Assembly (NCBI GenBank): GCA_035630455.1
Contig: DASQKP010000031.1
Span: forward strand, 21,429-85,428
Direction: 5' to 3'
Origin: Thermoleophilaceae bacterium
Lineage (GTDB): Bacteria; Actinomycetota; Thermoleophilia; Solirubrobacterales; Thermoleophilaceae
Length of the DNA: 64,000 nucleotides
The position numbers and the translations under genes were made by a program. Shown piece after piece: positions 8,835-17,944 of the stretch. Positions within the stretch are counted from its first letter, which is position 1. The number at the start of each line of letters is the position of its first letter. Below the pieces are notes generated by a model that was not told the DNA's origin, did no database searches, and was given only the letters and a program-made list of their open reading frames with translations.

Positions 8835-10201
8835 CGGCGGGTTCCGATCTCGTGCGCGCCGCTGGCGAGACCGCTGCCCGGGCTGGGTCCGACGATCTCC
8901 AGCCGGGTTCCCCAGGGATCTTCGAAGTAAGCCGCCTGCCAGCCGTGGAGTGGGTGCTGCGGGTCCTCCACGTCGATCGGCTCGACGACGAACCGGACCC
9001 CCGCCGCCGCCAGCCGCTGGTGCACCTCGCGCACGTCGCGCACGCCGAACGAGACGTGGTCGAGGCCCGGGTCCACGATTGTCCGCCGGGTGGTGGCGTC
9101 GTCGTCGCCGCGCGGCTGATGAAGCCACAGCTCGATCCGGCTGCCGCCTGGGCAGAGCAGCTGCACGACCCCCCCGGTCGCGTCCTCCAGTCCGGTCACG
9201 GCTGTGAGGAAGCCACCTTCCAGGGCGTGGCGCCAATCCTCCTCGAGACCGAGGATGTCCCGGTAGAACCGCAGGCCGGCCTCAATGTCGGGCACCTCGA
9301 TCGCGATGTGCGACCCGATGCCCGAGACCCAGTCTCCGTCGAGGCCGGTGGCGAGCGGCCCGCCCGTGGCGGGTTTGCCCTCGACGCGCGCGAGGAACGG
9401 GCGCAGCCGCGCCACGCAGTCCCGCCAGTGCGACAGCACGACACCGTGGAAGGCGCCCGAGACGAACGCGAGCTCGCCCCGAGGAGCCGCCGCGGCGAGC
9501 GCCTCGGCGTTCGACGGATCGACGAACGGGCTGCGCTCCGGCGAGATCACCAGCAGCGGCGCCTGCAGCTTTCCGACCGCGTCGGAGAGGTCGACTCCCA
9601 TCAGGCAGATGGCGATCCCGGTGACCACGCGCGGGTCGATGTTCCGCTGGCGGGCGGCCAGCCACTCCGCGATCGCCGGATCGACGTCGGGCCCAAGGCG
9701 GCCACTGACGATCTCCTCGACCCAGGTCGTCATGCCCTCCTCGGTGGCAACGAGGTCAGGCCAGTGCGCGATGTTGGCGATCCGCGTCCCGTCGAACGCC
9801 GTCGAGCAGGTCGTGACCGACCGCACCCGCGCCGGGTTCGCCGCGGCGAAGGCGAGGCCGATAGTCCCGCCGAACGACTCGCCGACAAAGTGGAAGGCGT
9901 CGACGCCGGCGGCGTCGAGCACGCGCTCGAGATCGTCGACGAAGCGCTCGAACGGGTAGCCGTCGGCCGACCACGCGGCGGCCGACTCGCCGTGGCCGCG
10001 CAGGTCGATGGCGAGCACGGGCCGGTCGGCCGCGACGGCCGCGATCCAGGGGCGCCACACGTCGAGCGACAGCCCGAGGCCGTGCAGGAAGACGATCGGA
10101 GTCGCGTCCGGGGCCCACGGCGGGCGCAGGTCTACGGTCGCGAAGGCCAGCTCGTCGCCGTCGACGTCGATCGTCTGGCGATCCAGCGGTTGCGCCGTCA
10201 T
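8831..10201 (-). CDS. Fusion protein: N-terminal alpha/beta-hydrolase (enol-lactonase/MCP-hydrolase-like) plus C-terminal VOC (glyoxalase/extradiol dioxygenase-fold) domain
   Basis: ATG 10201 (ATGA overlap with the ATPase stop). The N-terminal half has IVFLHGLGLSLDVWRPW, LRGHGES and the nucleophile elbow GESFGG. The C-terminal ~150 aa has HIAIEVPDIEAGLRFYRDILGL, LDHVSFGV and YFEDPWGTRLEI, i.e. the paired beta-alpha-beta-beta-beta modules with His/His/Glu ligand positions. Confidence 0.8.
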   Translation of the reverse strand: MTAQPLDRQTIDVDGDELAFATVDLRPPWAPDATPIVFLHGLGLSLDVWRPWIAAVAADRPVLAIDLRGHGESAAAWSADGYPFERFVDDLERVLDAAGVDAFHFVGESFGGTIGLAFAAANPARVRSVTTCSTAFDGTRIANIAHWPDLVATEEGMTTWVEEIVSGRLGPDVDPAIAEWLAARQRNIDPRVVTGIAICLMGVDLSDAVGKLQAPLLVISPERSPFVDPSNAEALAAAAPRGELAFVSGAFHGVVLSHWRDCVARLRPFLARVEGKPATGGPLATGLDGDWVSGIGSHIAIEVPDIEAGLRFYRDILGLEEDWRHALEGGFLTAVTGLEDATGGVVQLLCPGGSRIELWLHQPRGDDDATTRRTIVDPGLDHVSFGVRDVREVHQRLAAAGVRFVVEPIDVEDPQHPLHGWQAAYFEDPWGTRLEIVGPSPGSGLASGAHEIGTRR

Positions 10202-11778
10202 GTCGCCTCGACCGGCAGTCGGTCGCCTCCGTGCCCGTAGCAAGCCGCCGAGATCGCGTGCTCATTCAGCTGACCGCCGGTCAGCTCGACGTGGAGGCCG
10301 CCCTCCCAGAGGACGAGGACGCGGCTCGCGACCTGAGCGAGCTCGTCGTGCTCGCTCGACACGATCAGGACCGCCATCGACTCCTCGGCGGCCGCCGCCA
10401 GCACCTTGTTGAAGATCTCGCGCCGGGCCTCGATATCGACGCCGTGCGCCGGCTCGTGGAGGATCAGCAGCTTGGGTCCGAGGCCCATCCACTTGCCGAG
10501 CAGGGCCTTCTGCTGGTTGCCGCCGCTGAGCTGGCCGAAGACGGCGTGCGGCGTACGCGGCTTGACGGCGTACCGCTCGGTCAGGTCGCGGACGTCGCGG
10601 ACCTGGCGGTCGCCGTCGAGCCAGCCGCGACGGAAGTAGTCGCCCAGCGTCGCGAGGGTGACGTTCTCCGTCACGGTCGCCTCGGCCACCGCCCCCTCGC
10701 CGATCCGCTGACCGGGAACCAGCGCCACGCCGGCGCGGATCGCGTCGCGCGGCCTGGCCTGTCCGAGCTCGGTCCCGTCGACCTCGATCGAGCCGCTCGC
10801 AGCCTTGGTCGCGCCGAAGAGCAGGCCGGGCAGCTCGTCCTGGCCCATCCCCAGCAGTCCCGTGACACCCACCACCTCGCCGGCGCGGACCTCGAACGAG
10901 AGGTCGCGCAGGATCGCGCCGTTCAAGCCGCGCACGCGCAGCACCTCGGCCGCGGCGCTGGCCTGCAGCCGCCCGCCGGACAGCTCCTCGACGTCGCGGC
11001 CGACGATCAGGCGGATCAGCTCGCGCTCGGTGAGGTCCGCGGTCGGCACCGTTCCGGCGCCGCGCCCGTCGCGCAGCACCGTGACCGCGTCGGTGACGGC
11101 GGTGATCTCGTCGAGCCGATGGCTGACGAACAGGACGGCGCTGCCGTCGCCGGCGACGCGCCGGACGGCGGTGAAGAGGCGCTCGACCTGGTCGTCGGGG
11201 AGCGCCGCGGTCGCCTCGTCGAGCACCAGCAGGCCGGCGCCGTGGGCGCCCTCGATCCCGTCGAGCGCGCGGGCGATGGCGAGGATCGCGCGCTCGCCGC
11301 CCGGCAGCGCGGCGACGGGCTGGTCGATGTCCAGATCGAGCTCGAAGCGCGCGAGCAGGCGGCGGGCGTCGGCGCGCGCCGCGCGCCAGCGCAGCCGCCG
11401 CAGCGGCGGCTCGGTCGCCCACTGGGCGATCCGCAGGTTGTCGACGATCGACAGCGTGTCGACGAGCGCGAGGTCCTGGTGGAGGATCGAGATTCCGAGC
11501 GCGGCCGGGCCACGCGGACCGAGCGGCAGCTCCACGTCCTCGCCCCGCACCGCGAGCCTGCCCCCCGGATCCGGCGCGTGGAAGCCGCCGAGGATCTTGA
11601 TGAACGTCGACTTGCCGCAGCCGTTCTGGCCGATCAGCCCGTGCACGGTGCCCGGGGCGATGTCGAGCGAGAAGTCGCTCAGCGCGGCTGTCGAGCCGAA
11701 CGTCTTGGAGATCCCCCTGACGGAGAGGATCGGCACGTCCGCGCCCGGCGCCGCGGCCGCCTGAGCCGGCGCCGTCAT
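10198..11778 (-). CDS. ABC transporter ATP-binding protein with two fused NBDs (CUT2/RbsA-type)
   Basis: ORF trimmed to ATG 11778 (ATGA overlap). Walker A GQNGCGKST, second-half signature LSGGNQQKALLGKW. 526 aa, consistent with tandem NBDs. Confidence 0.9.
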   Translation of the reverse strand: MTAPAQAAAAPGADVPILSVRGISKTFGSTAALSDFSLDIAPGTVHGLIGQNGCGKSTFIKILGGFHAPDPGGRLAVRGEDVELPLGPRGPAALGISILHQDLALVDTLSIVDNLRIAQWATEPPLRRLRWRAARADARRLLARFELDLDIDQPVAALPGGERAILAIARALDGIEGAHGAGLLVLDEATAALPDDQVERLFTAVRRVAGDGSAVLFVSHRLDEITAVTDAVTVLRDGRGAGTVPTADLTERELIRLIVGRDVEELSGGRLQASAAAEVLRVRGLNGAILRDLSFEVRAGEVVGVTGLLGMGQDELPGLLFGATKAASGSIEVDGTELGQARPRDAIRAGVALVPGQRIGEGAVAEATVTENVTLATLGDYFRRGWLDGDRQVRDVRDLTERYAVKPRTPHAVFGQLSGGNQQKALLGKWMGLGPKLLILHEPAHGVDIEARREIFNKVLAAAAEESMAVLIVSSEHDELAQVASRVLVLWEGGLHVELTGGQLNEHAISAACYGHGGDRLPVEAT

Positions 11779-12815
11779 GCCGCGCTCCCGGCGGCCGCGC
11801 GGCGGCGCCCTACGACCAGCGACAGCGCGACCGCGAGCACGAGCACCGTGCCGTTGAAGATGTCGGTGATGTAGCCGGTGGCCCCGGTCGTGATCTGGAG
11901 GCCGACGATCCCGGTGATCACCAGGTAGATCGCCGCGACCGTCCCCCAGGCGTTGAAGCGGCCGGGCTTGATGGTCGTCGCCCCGAGGAACGCTCCGGCG
12001 AAGGCCGACAGCAAATAGGACTGGGCCGAGAACGGATCGACCGCGTTGAGCAGCCCGCCCTGGAGCAGGCCCGCGAGCGCGGCGATCAGCGAGCTCGCGA
12101 CGAGCGCCACGGTGCGCACGGCCCCGACTGGGATGCCGTTGAGTCGCGCGACCTCGGGGCCGGAGCCGACGAAGTAGAGCCAGCGGCCGACCGGCGTGTG
12201 CTCCAGCACGTACCAGAGCGCGAACGCGAGGCCGATCGCGTAGTAGAAGGTGAGCGGAAGGCCGAGCAGCCGAGTCGAGCTGACGGTGACGACGACCTCC
12301 GGCAGACCGGAGAACGTCTTGGACTCGGTCAGGAGCAGCGTCAGGCCACCGAGCGCCGTCCCGGTGCCGAGCGTCGTGATGAACGAGTTGACGCCGACCT
12401 TGACGATGAAGAAGGCGTTGGTGAGGCCGATCGCAACCGCCAGCGCCAGCGCGAACAGGAGCGCCGGCACGACCGGCCAGCTGTGGTCGACGGTGACGAG
12501 CGCGAACATCGCCGAGACGAACGCGAACACGCCGACGATCGAGAGGTCGAACTCGCCCGCCGCGAGCGGGATCGTCAACCCGAGCGCCAGCATCAGCAGG
12601 ATCGCCTGCGTACCGAGGATGTTCTGCAGGTTGGTGACCGTGAAGAACTGGCTCGGCGCCACCAGCGAGAAGACCACCACCAGGACCACCAGCAGCGCGG
12701 GAACGCCGAACCGGTAGAGCACCTCGCCGGCCCACCAGCCCGCGCTGCGGCGGGCGGTGGCCGGCTGGTCGGCCAGGTCAGCCACGTCGGTCCGCGCGCA
12801 GCTTCGCCGTCGCAT
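11775..12815 (-). CDS. ABC transporter permease (RbsC/CUT2-type)
   Basis: Polytopic hydrophobic protein with the GEFDLSIVGV motif region typical of ribose-type permeases. Alternative GTG start at 12785 would give an 8-nt overlap (GTGGCTGA) with the HyuB stop. Confidence 0.85.
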   Translation of the reverse strand: MRRRSCARTDVADLADQPATARRSAGWWAGEVLYRFGVPALLVVLVVVFSLVAPSQFFTVTNLQNILGTQAILLMLALGLTIPLAAGEFDLSIVGVFAFVSAMFALVTVDHSWPVVPALLFALALAVAIGLTNAFFIVKVGVNSFITTLGTGTALGGLTLLLTESKTFSGLPEVVVTVSSTRLLGLPLTFYYAIGLAFALWYVLEHTPVGRWLYFVGSGPEVARLNGIPVGAVRTVALVASSLIAALAGLLQGGLLNAVDPFSAQSYLLSAFAGAFLGATTIKPGRFNAWGTVAAIYLVITGIVGLQITTGATGYITDIFNGTVLVLAVALSLVVGRRRAAAGSAA

Positions 12816-14589
12816 CGACGTCGACGGTCATCGCCTGGGGATCGATCACGACTCCGTACTGCTCGGACGCGATCTCGAGCGTGATGAACTCGTCGCGGAG
12901 GTCGGTCAGGACCGCCTCGGGGTCACGCTCGAGCGGGTCGCCGAAGCCACCGCCGGACGCCTGCTCCCAGCGGATCGTGCTGCCGGCCTCCATCGGGTGG
13001 TTGGTGACCTTCGAGGGCAGCTCCTCGACGTCGCCGTCGGCGCCGAACTTGGTGACCCGCAGCGGCGTTCCGTCGCTGCCGCCGAAGATCCCCCAGGGCG
13101 CCTCGTAGGTGCCCTCGGCCTCGCTGGTCATGACGGTGTCGACGAGGAACCGGCTCTCGCGGACACTCGCCACGCCGCCGCGCCACTGGCCCGCGGCCGG
13201 CGGATCTGGACGCAGCTCGTAGCGCTCGGTGCGGATCGGGAAGAGCATGTCGAGCTCCTCGATCGGGACGTTGCGCGAGTTGATGACCAGCGTGTCGACG
13301 GCGTCGAGGCCGTCCTTGCCCTGCCGGCCTCCGTAGCTGCCCTCGATGATGTCGTAGTGGCTCCAGTACTCCTGCTTCTCCTCGTCGAAGCCGGCATACA
13401 CCGCCACCGAGAGCGTGCTCGTGCCGGCTGAGATCTTGTCCGGCACGACCTGGGCCAGCGCCTTCATCGCCGTGTCGCCCGCCGTGCAGACCAGGCAGGC
13501 GCGCGGGCCCGCCGAGCGCGGGAACGCGGGGTTGAAGATCGTGCCCACCGGCGCGATCACCGTCACGGGCCGGAAGAGGCCGTGGTTCTGCGGGATCCCC
13601 TGGTCGGCGAAGACCGCCTGGTCGAGGAAGATCGAGCGCACGATCGTGTAGAAGCCCGGAACCGTCGAGCCCCCGAACGGGCAGTTGAAGCCCGTCAGCG
13701 AGTTCTCCTCGCTGCCTGTCAGGTCGCAGGTGACGTTCGAGCCCTCGATCGTGACCTTGGCCTTGACCTTGAGCGGCTTGTCACGGTTGCGCCCGTCGTC
13801 GTCGAGGTAGCCCTCGGCCTCCCAGCTGCCGTCGGGGATCTTCTCGATCTCGGCGCGCATCATCCGCTCGCTGTAGTCGAGCCACTCGCCGATCGCCGGC
13901 ATCACGGTGTCCTTGCCGTACTTCTCCAGTAGCTCGTGCATCCGCCGCTCGCCGAGCCGACAGGTCGCGATCATCGCCTCGGTGTCGCCCTCGACGTAGG
14001 TCGGGGTGCGCGTGTTGTCGAGGAAGAACCGCCAGAGCATCTCGTTGCGGACACCGCGGTCGTAGAGCTTGAGCGAGTCGTAGATCTTGGCCTCGGCGAA
14101 GACGTCGAAGACGTCGATCGCGATGCCCGGGAAGACGCCGCCGACATCGGTCAGGTGGGTCGTCGCCGCCGACCACGCCACCTGCTCGCCCTCCCAGAAG
14201 ATCGGGACGGCGACGAGCAGGTCGGGCGCATGCGAGGCACCCTCGTAGGGGTTGTTGTGGATGATGACGTCGCCCTCGTTGACGTCGCCCTCGAGCCGCC
14301 GCATGAAGCCCTGGATGTAGGCGGGGATCGAGCCGATGTGCATCGGGCTGGTGTCGCTCTCGCAGATCTCCTCGCCGGCGACCGTGAACAGGCCGCCGCC
14401 GATGTCCTCGACCTGCTGCGCGCCGGGCGAGAAGGCCAGCCGCTTGATCGCGTGGCCCATCTCGTGGCCGGCGGCGACGAACGCCCCGCCGATCACCGCG
14501 AGCGTCACGGGATCGACGGTGCCGTGGCCACCGTGGGCCGCCTCGGCGCGCGACTTCGGACGCGCTGGAGCAGTCGAACCGTCAGACAT
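12778..14589 (-). CDS. Hydantoinase B/oxoprolinase-family protein (HyuB-like)
   Basis: 603 aa. N-terminus DPVTLAVIGGAFVAAGHEMGHAIKRLAFSPGAQQVEDIGGGLF matches the hydantoinase_B fold. Overlaps the HyuA stop by 8 nt (ATGTCTGA). Confidence 0.9.
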   Translation of the reverse strand: MSDGSTAPARPKSRAEAAHGGHGTVDPVTLAVIGGAFVAAGHEMGHAIKRLAFSPGAQQVEDIGGGLFTVAGEEICESDTSPMHIGSIPAYIQGFMRRLEGDVNEGDVIIHNNPYEGASHAPDLLVAVPIFWEGEQVAWSAATTHLTDVGGVFPGIAIDVFDVFAEAKIYDSLKLYDRGVRNEMLWRFFLDNTRTPTYVEGDTEAMIATCRLGERRMHELLEKYGKDTVMPAIGEWLDYSERMMRAEIEKIPDGSWEAEGYLDDDGRNRDKPLKVKAKVTIEGSNVTCDLTGSEENSLTGFNCPFGGSTVPGFYTIVRSIFLDQAVFADQGIPQNHGLFRPVTVIAPVGTIFNPAFPRSAGPRACLVCTAGDTAMKALAQVVPDKISAGTSTLSVAVYAGFDEEKQEYWSHYDIIEGSYGGRQGKDGLDAVDTLVINSRNVPIEELDMLFPIRTERYELRPDPPAAGQWRGGVASVRESRFLVDTVMTSEAEGTYEAPWGIFGGSDGTPLRVTKFGADGDVEELPSKVTNHPMEAGSTIRWEQASGGGFGDPLERDPEAVLTDLRDEFITLEIASEQYGVVIDPQAMTVDVDATAKLRADRRG

Positions 14590-16681
14590 TCTGGGCCTCC
14601 GTGCAATCGATGATGACGTTGCCGTACTGATCCACTTCCGCTCTCAGGTCGGGTGGCAACACGGTCGTCGCGGTCTGGTGGTCGATGATCGCCGGGCCTG
14701 TCACGACGTTGCCCGCGAGCAGCTTGGACCCGTCGTAGAAGGCCGTGTCCAGCCGCTCCGTGACTCCGCCGACCTCGAACGCCACCGGGGCGCGCTCGAT
14801 GACCGCATCGTCCGGGGGCGTCTCGCCGCCGGCCTCGATCTGGTTGAGCTCCAGGTCGGGCATGAGCCCGATCCCGTAAACCCGCAGGTGGACGATCTGG
14901 ACCGGCTTCTCGCTGCCGAAGCGCCAGAAGTACTCCCGCTCGTGCGCGTCGTGGAACGACTCCTCGAGTTGCGCGATAGCCGCGTCGTCGAACTCGCCCG
15001 ACGGAGCCGGGACGAGCAGCTCGTAGGCCTGCCCGACGTAGCGGCAGTCGGCGTGGCGCTGCAGGATCATCTCGCTCTCGTCGACGCCGGCCTGCGCCAG
15101 CGACTCGCGCGCCTGCTCCTCCAGCTCGGCGAACACCGCCTGGAGGTCCGCCGGGTTGGCGGAGGGAACGTCGACCATGACGGTGCGCGAGTACTCGTAC
15201 TTGAGGTCCGCGGCGAGCAGGCCGAGCGCCGAGGTCACTCCCGGCTGGCCCGGCACGACCACCGACGGGATCGACAGCTCACGGGCGATCTCCGCGGCCC
15301 ACAGCGGGCCGGCTCCTCCGAAGGCGACGAGGCTGAAGTCGCGCGGGTCGAAGCCCTTGCGGACGCTGTTCAGCTCGATCGCCCGCACCATGTTGTGCGT
15401 GAGGATCTTGAGCGCCGCCATCGCCGCGTCGTCGCGGTCGCGGTCGCCGACACGGCCGACGATGTGGTCGTCGAAGGCCTTCTCCGCGGCCTCGACGTCG
15501 ATCGACATCCGCCCATCGAGCAGGCCCTGGGGACGGAGGCGGCCGAGCACCACCTGTGCGTCGGTCGCGGTCGCCTCGACCCCGCCCTTGCCGTAGCTCG
15601 CCGGGCCCGGGATCGCGCCCGCGCTGCTCGGCCCGACCTGTAGGAGGCCGCCCGAGTCGACACGGGCGATCGAGCCGCCGCCGGCGCCGATCGCGTCCAT
15701 GTCGACCATCGGCAGCATCACGTCGTAGCCGCCGATCGCCGTGTCGTAGAGCCTGCGCATCCGCAGCTCCCCGCCGGGCGCGACGCCGATGTCGGCGGAG
15801 GTGCCGCCGACGTCGAGGGTGATCACGTTCGGATGCCCCGTCTGGCGCCCGATCCAGACCCCGCCGATGATTCCGGCGACCGGGCCCGACATAAGCAGCG
15901 AGACCGGCTTGGCGCTGGCGTCGGGGACGCTCACGACGCCGCCGCTGGAGGTCATCAGGCCGATGTCCAGCTCCGGCGCGTCCGTGGCCAGCGCCTCGCG
16001 CAGGTTGTCGAGGTAGCGGCCGGTCTTGGGGCCGATGTACGCGTTGAGGCAGGCCGTCGAGAACCGCTCGTACTCGCGGTGCAGCGGCACCACCTCGTGG
16101 CTGACCGACAGGTACGCCTCCGGGAACTCCTCACGGACGATCTCGGCGGCGCGCTTCTCGTGGTCGGAGTTGAGGAAGGCGAAGAGGAAGCCGACGGTGA
16201 TCGCGTCGACCCCGTCGGCCTTCAGCTCGCGGACAGTCTGGCGGACCTTCTCCTCGTCGAGCGGCACGAGGACGTCGCCGCTCGGCGCGTCGATCTTCTC
16301 CGGGACCACGCGCCGGTTGGCACGCGACGCCAGCGAGGGCTCCCGCCAGGGCAGGTCCTGCTGGATCGAGAACGTGAACGGGCGGCGGTGACGGCCGATG
16401 TAGAGCACGTCCCGGTAGCCCTCGGTGGTGATGAAGCCCACCTCGCTGCCGTTCTTCTCGAGCACGATGTTCGTACCGACGGTCGTCCCGTGAAGCAGCT
16501 GGTCGATGTCGGAGACCTCGACGTCGTGCATCTCACAGATCTCGCGCAGGCCCGCCAGCAGCGCCTCCGCCGGGTTGGACGGCGACGACGGCAGCTTGTG
16601 GACCTCGATCCGCTTCTGCTCCGCGTTCCAGTAGACGAGGTCGGTGAACGTTCCGCCGACGTCTGCGCCAACGCGGTTCAC
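14582..16681 (-). CDS. Hydantoinase A/oxoprolinase-family protein (HyuA-like, ATP-binding ASKHA fold)
   Basis: ORF trimmed to GTG 16681 (GTGA overlap with the binding-protein stop). VNRVGADVGGTFTDLVYW N-terminal motif plus an internal DVGGTSADIG phosphate-binding motif. Confidence 0.9.
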   Translation of the reverse strand: MNRVGADVGGTFTDLVYWNAEQKRIEVHKLPSSPSNPAEALLAGLREICEMHDVEVSDIDQLLHGTTVGTNIVLEKNGSEVGFITTEGYRDVLYIGRHRRPFTFSIQQDLPWREPSLASRANRRVVPEKIDAPSGDVLVPLDEEKVRQTVRELKADGVDAITVGFLFAFLNSDHEKRAAEIVREEFPEAYLSVSHEVVPLHREYERFSTACLNAYIGPKTGRYLDNLREALATDAPELDIGLMTSSGGVVSVPDASAKPVSLLMSGPVAGIIGGVWIGRQTGHPNVITLDVGGTSADIGVAPGGELRMRRLYDTAIGGYDVMLPMVDMDAIGAGGGSIARVDSGGLLQVGPSSAGAIPGPASYGKGGVEATATDAQVVLGRLRPQGLLDGRMSIDVEAAEKAFDDHIVGRVGDRDRDDAAMAALKILTHNMVRAIELNSVRKGFDPRDFSLVAFGGAGPLWAAEIARELSIPSVVVPGQPGVTSALGLLAADLKYEYSRTVMVDVPSANPADLQAVFAELEEQARESLAQAGVDESEMILQRHADCRYVGQAYELLVPAPSGEFDDAAIAQLEESFHDAHEREYFWRFGSEKPVQIVHLRVYGIGLMPDLELNQIEAGGETPPDDAVIERAPVAFEVGGVTERLDTAFYDGSKLLAGNVVTGPAIIDHQTATTVLPPDLRAEVDQYGNVIIDCTEAQNV

Positions 16682-17895
16682 TGGGTCACCTCCGGCATGC
16701 TCCACTGACGTCGGTAGGCGTCCTCGTAGGCGGTCGACTTGCCGCCCTTGGTGATCACGTCCCAGAGTTCGTCCTGGTCCTCGAGCGCGCTCGCGGGGAT
16801 GTCCTTGAGGTTCTCGTAGGTGAACAGCTTCTGCGGGATGTTCTGCTCGGACGGCTCCGCGCCGGCTGCCAGGCGCAGGCCCTGGTCGTAGAAGGCCCAG
16901 CCGAGGCCCTTGTTGTTCTGGCCGACGCTGCCCAGCTGAACGTCGCCCTTCTTGATCCAGCGCAGGTTCGGGTCCAGCGCGCCGTTCTCGGAGACGATGT
17001 GGATGTCGTCCTGCTTGCCGAGTTGGCGGATGGCGGGCGCGATGAAGTTGCCGATCACGTCGATCGACGGCGCGAACCAGTTCAGCTCGGGGTTGCGGCT
17101 GATCAGCGTCTTGGTGAGGCTCGGGATCTCGGTGTTCAGCGTCGCGACGCGGGCGTCGGACTCGGCCACCTCGGCGTCCGGGCAGAACTGCCCGAGCGCG
17201 TCCTTGAAGCCGGCGGCGACGTTCTTGGTCGAGCGGTACTCCGAGACCGTGATGACGTGGGCGTTGACGTCGCACTTGTCACGGACGGCGGCGTACGCGG
17301 CCATCACCTCGCCGGCCTCGGTGTAGCTGTAGGTCGCGTTGGCGTTGGTGCCCGGATCGAGCGGGTCGTCAGGGTCGCCGTTGTTGGCGCTGACGACCGG
17401 GATGCCGGCCTCCTGGGCCTTCTCCAGCGGTCCGGCGAACGCCTTCGGGTCGAGCGAGAACAGCACGATCGCGCCGGCCTTCTGCTGGATCGCCTGCTCG
17501 ATGCCGCGCTGCATCTCGGAGATGTCGTTCTGCCCGTCGAAGACCACGCCCTCGACGCCGGCGGTCTTGCCGGCGTCCTCAAACGCCTCGACGACGACCT
17601 GTACGAAGGGGATGCCGAGCGTCGGCGAGATCAAGTGGATGGGGTTGGTCTTGCCGCGCAACTCGGCGACGTCGATCGGCTCGCCGCCCGGGTCGAACAC
17701 GGCCGGCCCGGAGAAGTCGTCGACCAGGCGCTGAGCCTCCTCGAGGCCGGTGCCGGCGCTTGCGCCGTCACCTGATCCCTGGCTGTCGCCGGCTGGACTG
17801 TCGTCCCCGCCGCAGGCCGCGATGAACAGCGCCAGCACTGCTACGACAAGCGCGACGAAGTTCCGAATGGTGTGGGGACGTGCGAGCAAGCTCAC
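16678..17895 (-). CDS. ABC transporter substrate-binding lipoprotein (PBP type 1, sugar-binding-like)
   Basis: GTG 17895 is preceded by AAGGAGAG. Signal peptide plus lipobox (LALFIAACGG). The body resembles ribose/monosaccharide-type periplasmic binding proteins. Confidence 0.85.
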   Translation of the reverse strand: MSLLARPHTIRNFVALVVAVLALFIAACGGDDSPAGDSQGSGDGASAGTGLEEAQRLVDDFSGPAVFDPGGEPIDVAELRGKTNPIHLISPTLGIPFVQVVVEAFEDAGKTAGVEGVVFDGQNDISEMQRGIEQAIQQKAGAIVLFSLDPKAFAGPLEKAQEAGIPVVSANNGDPDDPLDPGTNANATYSYTEAGEVMAAYAAVRDKCDVNAHVITVSEYRSTKNVAAGFKDALGQFCPDAEVAESDARVATLNTEIPSLTKTLISRNPELNWFAPSIDVIGNFIAPAIRQLGKQDDIHIVSENGALDPNLRWIKKGDVQLGSVGQNNKGLGWAFYDQGLRLAAGAEPSEQNIPQKLFTYENLKDIPASALEDQDELWDVITKGGKSTAYEDAYRRQWSMPEVTQ

Positions 17896-17924
17896 TCTGT
17901 GACTCTCCTTGTGAGGACCGGCGA

Positions 17925-17944
17925 TATACCGAACGAGCGGTATA
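17925..17944. promoter_or_regulatory. AT-rich palindrome TATACCGAACGAGCGGTATA, candidate operator of the nine-gene operon
   Basis: Read directly. 7-bp perfect arms TATACCG/CGGTATA with a 6-bp spacer. It overlaps the predicted -10 and sits 30-49 nt upstream of the binding-protein start. 15/20 identical to 2476-2495. Confidence 0.5.
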
